From assembly GCA_028599125.1 (NCBI GenBank), contig JAQRMX010000011.1:14066-78065 (forward strand): 64,000 bases of DNA. Direction: 5' to 3'. Source of the stretch: Alphaproteobacteria bacterium. GTDB lineage: Bacteria > Pseudomonadota > Alphaproteobacteria > Rhizobiales > NORP267. Positions 39,150 through 48,639 of the stretch are shown piece by piece. Under the pieces are notes generated by a model, which worked only from the letters and a program-made list of their open reading frames with translations, was not told the origin of the DNA and did no database searches. The position numbers and the translations under genes were made by a program. Position 1 is the stretch's first letter. Each line of letters starts with the position of its first letter.

Positions 39150-39947
39150 TTAATACGACAAGATAAGACGTTCGCTTTTTCCAAAACGAAAAACCTTCAA
39201 AACACTGTTATCATGAGACCTGGAAACTGATTTCATTTCGGAGGAAACCAGAGCACGGAGCGCAAGAGATAAAACGCCCTCCTCCTTCGCACCAATCACC
39301 AATTCCGCCTGCCTCGGATCAACCTCCAGGGTCACCGTTTTTCCAAGTAAAAATGAAACTTCGTCGTCTTTCTGAAACACCTGATTTACAGCCAGGACAC
39401 GAATATTCTTCAAGAGAGTTTTTACAATGACACTATTTTCCCCTCCTGGAAGAGGGACACGCAGAGATTGAAATAAATCCACCCGATCTTCAGGAAGAAT
39501 AAACCCCCCGGCTCCCGTACCCGCTGAAATTTCAACGCTGACAGCAAGCATCCCTTTCTTCAGTAACGCTGACAGAACACCACCCCGGAGATCAGAAAGA
39601 AAAATCTTGTGGTCTGTAATCGGCTCACCATGAATAAGAGGCAAACGGACAAGACCCCCTACATATTCCTGAACAGCATCAGGCATAAACTCTTCACTGA
39701 TGAAATGCGGAGAAATAATATCAATACTGGAAGGCCATTCCTGCCATTGCAAATCACTTTCCGAAAGAACCGAACCAATTTTCAGATCACGGGCAGCAAC
39801 AAGAAACCTGGATACCGCAATTTTCTGAGGCTCGTTGGGTAACATAGGATCGGAAGAAACAGAAGACAAAGAATTCAAAGCAAAAGCTGAGAGCAATGCA
39901 ACTGAGGAAGCGCACAAAATAATCAGGGTCCTAGAAGAAATCATCAC
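39150..39947 (-). CDS. cpaB: Flp pilus assembly protein CpaB/RcpC
   Basis: N-terminal anchor, SAF-like region (VAARDLKIGSVLSESDL) and position between the prepilin peptidase and the secretin. Confidence 0.8.
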   Translation of the reverse strand: MMISSRTLIILCASSVALLSAFALNSLSSVSSDPMLPNEPQKIAVSRFLVAARDLKIGSVLSESDLQWQEWPSSIDIISPHFISEEFMPDAVQEYVGGLVRLPLIHGEPITDHKIFLSDLRGGVLSALLKKGMLAVSVEISAGTGAGGFILPEDRVDLFQSLRVPLPGGENSVIVKTLLKNIRVLAVNQVFQKDDEVSFLLGKTVTLEVDPRQAELVIGAKEEGVLSLALRALVSSEMKSVSRSHDNSVLKVFRFGKSERLILSY

Positions 39948-40109
39948 TAGAGCTCCAAGCCGTTCCGTAAAAAGCGTTTTAAAAGCCGAGTCAACAAGAT
40001 CAGTAAACCTAAAGTGGAATGAAAAACATTAATGTAACCTTAACAAGTCTTTTTAAATTTATAAATCACGTAGTAAAATAAAAATATTAAAAAGAAAATT
40101 ATAGAGGCT

Positions 40110-40616
40110 TCAGATCCCAATTATCCATGGCATAACAGGATAGAGCCACAGACCGGCAACAGAAATCGCAACGCCGTAAGGAATCTTTTTTGTTTGATAG
40201 AGCAGATGATACAACCACTTAAAATTCAAAAGAAAAATTGGCAAAGGCGCCTCACGAAGAGAGAGGATCAAAAGAGTCAGAAGCCCTCCTCCAATTGAAC
40301 TCATCAATACGAACATCACGGCATCATGGGGACTGAACCAGAGAGCTGCAGACGCCATTAATTTCGCATCTCCTCCTCCCATCCATTTCATCTCAAAAAA
40401 AACGAAGCCCAAGAAAAGAAGAAAAAAACCTGTCCCTAAATGCTGCAGGAGAACCAAAACAGGAGTCCCGGACCAAAGGCTTACAAGAAAAAAACCGCTA
40501 AAAAGACTCAAGGGGATAGAATTTGGGATCCGCATAGTTGTTAAATCACTCACAGCAGCAAAAATCATCGCTGCCGGAAAGAGTGTAAGAAGTATCCATT
40601 CAAAAAAAACAGACAT
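40110..40616 (-). CDS. cpaA: A24-family prepilin peptidase CpaA/TadV
   Basis: Both catalytic Asp contexts are present (AAVSDLTTMRIPN and GGGDAKLMASAALW). 168-aa polytopic protein. Confidence 0.88.
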   Translation of the reverse strand: MSVFFEWILLTLFPAAMIFAAVSDLTTMRIPNSIPLSLFSGFFLVSLWSGTPVLVLLQHLGTGFFLLFLGFVFFEMKWMGGGDAKLMASAALWFSPHDAVMFVLMSSIGGGLLTLLILSLREAPLPIFLLNFKWLYHLLYQTKKIPYGVAISVAGLWLYPVMPWIIGI

Positions 40617-40809
40617 TCAAAAACCGACCCAATCGAAAAAATCAGATCCACTCAATCCAGAACTGTGAAAATTCATGGTGAAACCCCCGGAAAGAAATTA
40701 CAAAACATCCCGGGCACGACTGAAAAACAGAGGTTGCCCCTTGCATCAGCAAGAATTCAACCTTGACACGTTTACCTTTATATTCCCTTAACCCTTAACT
40801 TTTGGGGGC

Positions 40810-40998
40810 TCAGGGCACTTTTGGGGGCTCAGGGTTAAGGGCCTTCCCTATCGCATCAAACTTGTCATTAATGGCCGTGCCGAGAGTGGTAGCACCCGCC
40901 GCTATAGTAACACCTATAAGGGCAGCCAAAAGGCTATACTCAATAGCTGTCGCCCCTTCAACATCCGAAAAAAAGCATTTAATCCTTGAAATAATCAT
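40810..40998 (-). CDS. flp: Flp-family type IVb pilin (Flp1)
   Basis: Flp motif SDVEG|ATAIEYSLLAALIGVTI (G/A cleavage site plus the EY pair). 62 aa. AAGGGA RBS. Confidence 0.9.
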   Translation of the reverse strand: MIISRIKCFFSDVEGATAIEYSLLAALIGVTIAAGATTLGTAINDKFDAIGKALNPEPPKVP

Positions 40999-41009
40999 GT
41001 AAAAAATCC

Positions 41010-41069
41010 CTTGATTAAAAATAACTGATTAAAAATATACTGATTAAAAATATACTGATTAAAACATAA
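41010..41069. repeat. 15-bp tandem repeat x4 (CTGATTAAAAATATA; two perfect and two degenerate copies)
   Basis: Counted directly. It starts 12 nt upstream of the flp1 ATG, so it lies in the flp1 leader/promoter. Confidence 0.9.
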
Positions 41070-41744
41070 ATATTCTAATAAAAATTACATTCGAAGTCAA
41101 GCTAAAAACATTTTCTTCAGTAAAATTTTTTAAACTACCCTGTCACATTTTTATTTTTCCCCTTCAATCAAAGATAAAGAATTAAACTGAATTCGACGGA
41201 AGAAAATGAGCAGAGTCTCATAAATCAATTGAGATACAGCCAAAACCTTTGCGTCAGGGACGATTGAAGACTCAGTGAACCCGGATAGCAAAGAATAAAA
41301 TGATAATCATCGAACCTTTCCTTTCTTCAACTCCCTTCTCCATGAGGAAAGATCCAAAAAAATCGAGCCTGAGAAGATAAGGAAGGGAAAGGACAATGAT
41401 TTCGATTTTTTAAAACAGCGCATGAAAAATTCACAGAACAGGGAGCCTTGTTCTCGGAAAATCAAGACAGAAAAGTAAATAAGTTTCAACAGGGGTCAAA
41501 ATACTGGAAGGAAGACATGCAGGAGGTGCGGGGAAAAACAGGAAACGAACTCTTACAAAGGACAAACGCAGAAGAACTTTCTTAACTCCGTTTCTGAACA
41601 CAACGGCTCCGGCCAGTCACTGGAAGGGTAGCAGAAAGAGGGTCCCTCCAGGGTTAACCGGAGACACCCCCTGTCCTGCCTTCAAAGAAGGGAGACAAGA
41701 CCCAACGCACAGTCGAGATAAAATATTTCTTCCAAAAAGAAGAT

Positions 41745-41915
41745 TTATGCCACCCCGGGAACTTTTTTTGATATATCATCAAATTGCTTATTAAGGGCCT
41801 CTCCAAGGCTCGTAGCACCAGTTATAAGAACCACAGAAATAAGAGCGACAATTATACCATACTCAATAGCTGTCGCACCACTTGTGTCCTGTAAATAGCT
41901 CTTAAATGAAAACAT
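41745..41915 (-). CDS. flp: second Flp-family pilin (Flp2), 56 aa, absent from the ORF track
   Basis: Hand translation of the minus strand gives MFSFKSYLQDTSG|ATAIEYGIIVALISVVLITGATSLGEALNKQFDDISKKVPGVA*. Flp motif present. Strong RBS (GGGAGGGttaagaATG). Confidence 0.88.
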   Translation of the reverse strand: MFSFKSYLQDTSGATAIEYGIIVALISVVLITGATSLGEALNKQFDDISKKVPGVA

Positions 41916-42230
41916 TCTTAACCCTCCCTATATAAGATTATATAAATATCCCTGAATAAAATTCATGGGCAATTGAATCTTGTTATACATCTATCCTCTT
42001 AAATGCCGATAAATAGGGACATTAAAATTATTGAATAGACAAAAATATTCCAAAAATTAATAAATATTTAAATATAAATTACAGTCGGTATTATGCGTCA
42101 TGTGTTTCCATCGAATTAAGAAGTTCCCGGTAAACAGGATTGTAGTAACGGAGTTGACATAAATTCTACTTTAGGTTACATTTAATGACTTTGGGTTGCG
42201 TTGCTTTTGTTCCCTCTGAAAGGTACGAAT

Positions 42231-42746
42231 ATGAAAATCGGAAACGCAAATTCAGCGGCTATTTCCCTCATTATGGTTGCTTTTTTATCCCTGCTCCTGT
42301 CGTATCTTCCTGTTTCAGCAGGTGGGCTTGATGTTTCCGGGTCTATCTCTGCAGAGACCCTTGTTGTGAATATTGACGAGGCAAAGCTGGTTCGGCTTTC
42401 TTCTCCGGCTAAATCCATTGTAATCGGAAATCCAATGATCGCTGATGCCATCGCTCAAAGTCCTCAAACTCTTATCGTTACAGGAAAATCAAACGGGAGA
42501 ACAAACCTGATTATCATGGATGCGGAAAATCATGAGATATCCCGCTATAATATAAATGTTCGTGTCTCCCAGTCCTTTCGGATTACCGTCTACAAGGGGC
42601 CGCTTCAGCGGCAATCCTTGTCCTGTTCTCCGCAATGTAACCCCGTTCCTATGCCGGGCGACAGTACTGAATACATGGACAAGGTTATAAGGGGTATAAC
42701 GAACAGAAACAAAGCTATACAAAGTTCAAGTTCATCTTCTTTCTAG
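42231..42746 (+). CDS. pilus-assembly N-terminal-domain protein (CpaC N-domain-like, secreted)
   Basis: Signal peptide plus the motif AKSIVIGNPMIADAIAQSPQTLIVTGKSNGRTNLIIMD, typical of the T2SS/T3SS pilus N domain. Divergent from flp2. Start moved to the ATG at 42231 (GAAAGG RBS). Confidence 0.7.
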   Translation: MKIGNANSAAISLIMVAFLSLLLSYLPVSAGGLDVSGSISAETLVVNIDEAKLVRLSSPAKSIVIGNPMIADAIAQSPQTLIVTGKSNGRTNLIIMDAENHEISRYNINVRVSQSFRITVYKGPLQRQSLSCSPQCNPVPMPGDSTEYMDKVIRGITNRNKAIQSSSSSSF

Positions 42747-42912
42747 TGAAACATCAATTTTTTATATCCTCCGTTCCTCACCCCAAGGCGAAGAAATAAC
42801 AGGTGCGCTGGCTGTAATTAAATGTTGTTTTTCAATATTTTTAAATAACTGATGTCAATTGTGAATCGGGATTATCGATCTTCTTCTGTCAAGCGGGAAA
42901 GGAATTGCGTGA

Positions 42913-43467
42913 ATGAAACATAGTCGAAAAAAATCTGATGGGAAGCATTATAACCTGATTCGAAAATTATTGCGTTTCCAACGGAACAAAAAGGGCATAG
43001 CTGCTGTTGAATTCGCGATCATTGCTCCTGTTTTTTTTTTCACCCTTATATCAATCATTGAGACAGGATTGATTCAACTCTCTTCAAGAAGCATGGACAT
43101 CGGGGTTGAAAAAATAGGACGCCTCATCCGAACCGGACAAATTAATTCAATCTCCAAAGCCAAATTCAGAGAAGAACTCTGTAAACATGTGAGAACGTTC
43201 ATTTCCTGTGATAAATTGGTTTTTCAAGTTCTCTCTTTCGATTCATTCAAGAAGGCAAATGAGCAGAAAATTCCACGACTAACCGGGTCAGGGTTCGCAT
43301 CGCCCCAATCTGCTTCTGCTTACCAGACGAGTGGGCCAAAAGATATCGTTCTTTTCCGCCTTATGTATAAATGGGAAAGCTTCACGCCTCAGTTGAAGTC
43401 TGGAAGGTTCAGTAGACGCTACGTTTTGCTTAGTAGTAATCTGTTCCAAAATGAACCATTTCCATGA
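42913..43467 (+). CDS. TadE-like pseudopilin/pilus assembly protein
   Basis: TadE signature GIAAVEFAIIAPVFFFTLISIIE near the N-terminus. Confidence 0.75.
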   Translation: MKHSRKKSDGKHYNLIRKLLRFQRNKKGIAAVEFAIIAPVFFFTLISIIETGLIQLSSRSMDIGVEKIGRLIRTGQINSISKAKFREELCKHVRTFISCDKLVFQVLSFDSFKKANEQKIPRLTGSGFASPQSASAYQTSGPKDIVLFRLMYKWESFTPQLKSGRFSRRYVLLSSNLFQNEPFP

Positions 43468-44084
43468 AAAAAAGGAAATCAGGAATGATTATAAAATACC
43501 TTTTGGCAAAATCAGCCAAGTACGTCACAGATAAAAAAGGTTCCGTGACCCTTGAATTTTTGTTAGTACTACCTATTATGGTCGCTTTGTATATTGGTGC
43601 AAGCGAATTTTCCTCTTTTTTTGAGGCCAATCGAAAAACAATAAGAGCCTCCCGGCTTATAGGAGATATCGTTTCCCAGCAGGATAGTATTGATACCAAT
43701 AAACTATATGATCTCTCTTTCGCAATAAGAGAGCTCATGAGACCTTACGAGGTGAGAAAGTTCGGTATTCTTATAACATCCATTGAGATAAAGAGCAATG
43801 GAAAAGATGAGATAAAGGGCAATGGAAGAGGCCCGGCAGGAGAGGTTATCTGGAGCCGGGATATAGGTCACAATGCGCCGCCAATAAAGTCGAAAGGTTC
43901 AACTGTTCGTCTTCCCCCCAAACTAGCCTCTGTCGTTTTCATCGGCCAAAAGATTATCCTTACAGAAGGAAATTTCGAATACAAAACGCACTCTTCTCTT
44001 TTTATAAAAAATATAAAAAATATCTTTGACGATATCTATATTTGGCCAAGAAATGGAAGCGAAGTTCTCTGCAATGATTGCTAA
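43464..44084 (+). CDS. TadE/TadF-like pilus assembly protein
   Basis: N-terminal GSVTLEFLLVLPIMVALYIG (TadE-like hydrophobic segment). ATGA overlap with the previous gene. Confidence 0.65.
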   Translation: MKKRKSGMIIKYLLAKSAKYVTDKKGSVTLEFLLVLPIMVALYIGASEFSSFFEANRKTIRASRLIGDIVSQQDSIDTNKLYDLSFAIRELMRPYEVRKFGILITSIEIKSNGKDEIKGNGRGPAGEVIWSRDIGHNAPPIKSKGSTVRLPPKLASVVFIGQKIILTEGNFEYKTHSSLFIKNIKNIFDDIYIWPRNGSEVLCNDC

Positions 44085-44314
44085 CCTGCAATTGCCTTTC
44101 CTTCATAGTCTCACTGATTGATTCTTAAAATATTTCTTAAAAAAAATTAAAAAACTCTGTCAGCAGAAAATTCTGCATGAAAGTGTGATTTCATTCAATA
44201 TCGAGGCTGCGGAAACAAAGATTATCAAAAAATATTCTTTGTTTCCACGGCCCTCCTCCAACTCACTTCTTTCGAAGAAAGATTCAACCCGGATATGAAT
44301 AATTTCAACTCCTC

Positions 44315-44343
44315 TTGACATTAGGAAACGGAGATCATATCTT
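44315..44343 (+). promoter_or_regulatory. sigma70-like promoter of groESL (TTGACA-17 nt-TATCTT)
   Basis: Read directly: a perfect -35 hexamer, a 17-nt spacer and a 4/6 -10 hexamer, positioned just upstream of the CIRCE element. Confidence 0.6.
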
Positions 44344-44356
44344 CCGGATTGTCTGT

Positions 44357-44383
44357 TCGGCACTCACATGATTAGAGTGCTGG
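44357..44383 (+). promoter_or_regulatory. CIRCE operator (HrcA binding site)
   Basis: TCGGCACTC-N9-GAGTGCTGG against the consensus TTAGCACTC-N9-GAGTGCTAA. The GCACTC-N9-GAGTGC core is perfect. About 75 nt upstream of groES. Confidence 0.8.
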
Positions 44384-44459
44384 CAAAATGTCCTTAGGGT
44401 AATTCATTAACTTAACGGTGCGATGTACCGTTTTTTTTAAAGGAGGGGTGGTCAATACC

Positions 44460-44747
44460 ATGAATTTCCGTCCTCTATATGATCGTGTGGTGGTTCGGCG
44501 GCTTGAAGAAGAAGAGAAAACAGCAGGAGGGATCATAATCCCCGATACTGCGAAGGAAAAGCCCAGCCAAGGCAAAGTCATGTCTGCTGGTCCTGGTCTT
44601 CCTGATGAAAATGGGAAATTCCGCTCTTTGCAAGTCAAGGAAGGGGATAAAATCCTCTTCGGCAAGTGGTCCGGTAGTGAAGTCACAATTGAGGGTGAAG
44701 ACCTGCTTGTTATGAAGGAATCTGATATTCTTGGCGTACTTGCCTGA
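44460..44747 (+). CDS. groES: co-chaperonin GroES
   Basis: [35 protein letters not shown]... with an AAAGGAGGGG RBS. The ORF-track start at 44418 was rejected. Confidence 0.95.
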   Translation: MNFRPLYDRVVVRRLEEEEKTAGGIIIPDTAKEKPSQGKVMSAGPGLPDENGKFRSLQVKEGDKILFGKWSGSEVTIEGEDLLVMKESDILGVLA

Positions 44748-44791
44748 TAGAAGGCTACATATCATCTGAGATGAATGGTTGTGATGGCTGA

Positions 44792-46558
<1,767 letters not shown>

Positions 46559-46663
46559 TAAGACTGCCCGGAGGTCTGCTTTCAAGGCTTGAGATGAAGA
46601 GAGAGGCATTATACTCTTCCTGAGCCTTCTGAGGTTCCTGTCATTGGTTATAGTTAGAATGTG

Positions 46664-46694
46664 AAAGGGCGACTTCAATGGTCGCCCTTTTTTC
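46664..46694 (+). terminator. Rho-independent terminator after groEL
   Basis: AAAGGGCGAC-ttcaatg-GTCGCCCTTT followed by TTTT: a 10-bp GC-rich stem and a T-run. Confidence 0.85.
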
Positions 46695-46980
46695 ATTCCA
46701 GAAATTTTTCATTCCAGAAAAGAGACTTCCAGACCTACACAATCCTTCATCCTCAAACATGTGAGAACGTTCATTTGTCAGAAATGCTTTCCTGGTGGAT
46801 TTTCTTATCTCTTCTGCAGGAAAAGCAAGCACAAAAAAACCAGAAAGAGCCTGTATCCAAAATGATTGCCCTTCACATGGGAGGCTTTACATAGACTTAC
46901 ATTCTGTAAGATCTAAAAAGCATAAAAACTGAACTCGTAAACCTCAAAAAGCATGGCCGGAGCAATATGGAATACAGTCC

Positions 46981-47475
46981 ATGAATAAACAGGAAAAACA
47001 GATCGAAAGTTTTACTCTTCTTGCATCCCACGAGTGCGCCCTGGCACAGGCAATTAAACTAATTGGCGACAAGTGGACTTTGCTCATTCTTCGTGAAGCC
47101 CTTTACGGGGTCTGTCGGTTCAGTCAGATGCAAAAAGATACAGGAATGCCACGCACAGTATTGAGTAACCGGTTAAACTGCCTGCTTACACAAGGCCTGA
47201 TGACCAAAGTCCCCTATCGGGATCCTGGAAAACGGACACGCTATGAATACAAACTGACTTCCCGGGGTTCAAAACTTATTATTTCATTCTCTGCGCTCAT
47301 GGAATGGGGAGAGCAAATGCAACCTGATGATAATCGACCACGTATCAATCTCTATCATGCCTGCTCCGGAGAACGGGTTCGGGTTTCTTTTGTAACAGAG
47401 TCAGGACAAAGTGTGAATCCCAGAGATAAAATACGTATACGTATCTCTCGAAAAACGTGTTCACAGCAAAGTTAG
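46981..47475 (+). CDS. HxlR-family winged-helix transcriptional regulator
   Basis: CALAQAIKLIGDKWTLLILREALYGVCRFSQMQKDTGMPRTVLSNRLNCLLTQGLM is the HxlR DNA-binding signature. Confidence 0.8.
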   Translation: MNKQEKQIESFTLLASHECALAQAIKLIGDKWTLLILREALYGVCRFSQMQKDTGMPRTVLSNRLNCLLTQGLMTKVPYRDPGKRTRYEYKLTSRGSKLIISFSALMEWGEQMQPDDNRPRINLYHACSGERVRVSFVTESGQSVNPRDKIRIRISRKTCSQQS

Positions 47476-47630
47476 AATGGTAAAATTCTCTCAATTCAAA
47501 CACCGGACCAAAATCACAGCGCTTCCAAATTATTACCGGCACTGCAGAACAAAAGCTCTCAAAACAAGCGAAGAGTCTCCCCTCTCCTTTCCACAGGGTA
47601 CAAACAAACAGCTCCCTTATCTCTTAAATA

Positions 47631-48629
47631 TTAAAGTCCAGATTCCGGATATAAATCAGACCACCCCATACGCTGAGCCATTTCCCTGAACAACAGGTCA
47701 TCTTTTGCAAAAATCTTGTCAAGTCGGGCAATTCTGATCGTCCCGGATTCAAAAGATTCCCTAAGCATGGCAACCAGAGCGTAAACATTCTGCTCCGGAC
47801 AATGCAACACTGTTATATCCCGCCCGCCTCCAAAAGGGAGGGTACAACCAAATCGCTGGATTGTCTCTTTGACCAGAGCATCCCGACCTTCCATGAAGCG
47901 GAAGCTCACCTCCCGCAAATCGCGGGCCGCAGTTTCAGCTGATATACGGCCGAGAATCGTCGCCAGGGCACTGCGCACCTGTTTCCCCCAGTCCGCTGAG
48001 CAAGATGCAACCAGATAGGCCTGACTACGCAAAATAAGACCATCCTCAAGGGTCTTAAGACCATTTGCTTCAAGTGTTGTGCCCGTCGTACTGATATCAA
48101 CAATCAGTTCCGCCGCATCGGAGGCCGGTCCTCCTTCCGTTGCACCGTGACTTTCAACAAGCCGATAATCCATGATGCCATGTGCGGCAAAGAAATTTCG
48201 TGCAAGATGAATATATTTCGTTGCTACCCGCATCCGTTTCCTATGACGTGCATAAAAAGCCGATGCAACATCATCTATGTCTGCCATACAATCCACATCA
48301 ATCCAAAACCCGGGCACCGCAACCACAACATTTGCATACCCAAAGCCAAGGGGAGCAACAAAAACAAAGCAACCGGTTGATTGACCCGCAGTTTCCTGAA
48401 CAAGGTCCAGGCCGGTTACACCAAGATGAAGACTGCCTGCCATCAGATCCCGTGCAATTTCGGAGGCAGATAGAAAAAAAATCTCAACAGTCTCTATACC
48501 GGTGATCATCCCTTTATAGCCCCGTGCGCCACCGCATTTTTGGATATTCAGACCTGAACGCGCAAAAAAATCGCTCGTGTCCCTCTGTAAACGGCCCTTG
48601 GAAGGAAGTCCGATGATTAATTTGTTCAC
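47631..48629 (-). CDS. hisG: ATP phosphoribosyltransferase, extended alphaproteobacterial form
   Basis: LIIGLPSKGRLQ, HLGVTGLDLV and the PRPP loop DISTTGTTLEANGL, plus a ~110-aa C-terminal extension. Start chosen at the GTG at 48629 (GAGGTG 6 nt upstream). The ORF track gives a TTG at 48653. Confidence 0.85.
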   Translation of the reverse strand: MNKLIIGLPSKGRLQRDTSDFFARSGLNIQKCGGARGYKGMITGIETVEIFFLSASEIARDLMAGSLHLGVTGLDLVQETAGQSTGCFVFVAPLGFGYANVVVAVPGFWIDVDCMADIDDVASAFYARHRKRMRVATKYIHLARNFFAAHGIMDYRLVESHGATEGGPASDAAELIVDISTTGTTLEANGLKTLEDGLILRSQAYLVASCSADWGKQVRSALATILGRISAETAARDLREVSFRFMEGRDALVKETIQRFGCTLPFGGGRDITVLHCPEQNVYALVAMLRESFESGTIRIARLDKIFAKDDLLFREMAQRMGWSDLYPESGL

Positions 48630-48639
48630 AAATTCCACC

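Noticed and set aside
38963-39184. 73-aa minus-strand ORF translating the 12-bp repeat as FFIE x3
   Set aside because: It overlaps the cpaB 3' end and the cpaC RBS region and has extremely Phe-rich composition from the T-rich strand. I saw no RBS. It is probably a by-product of the repeat.
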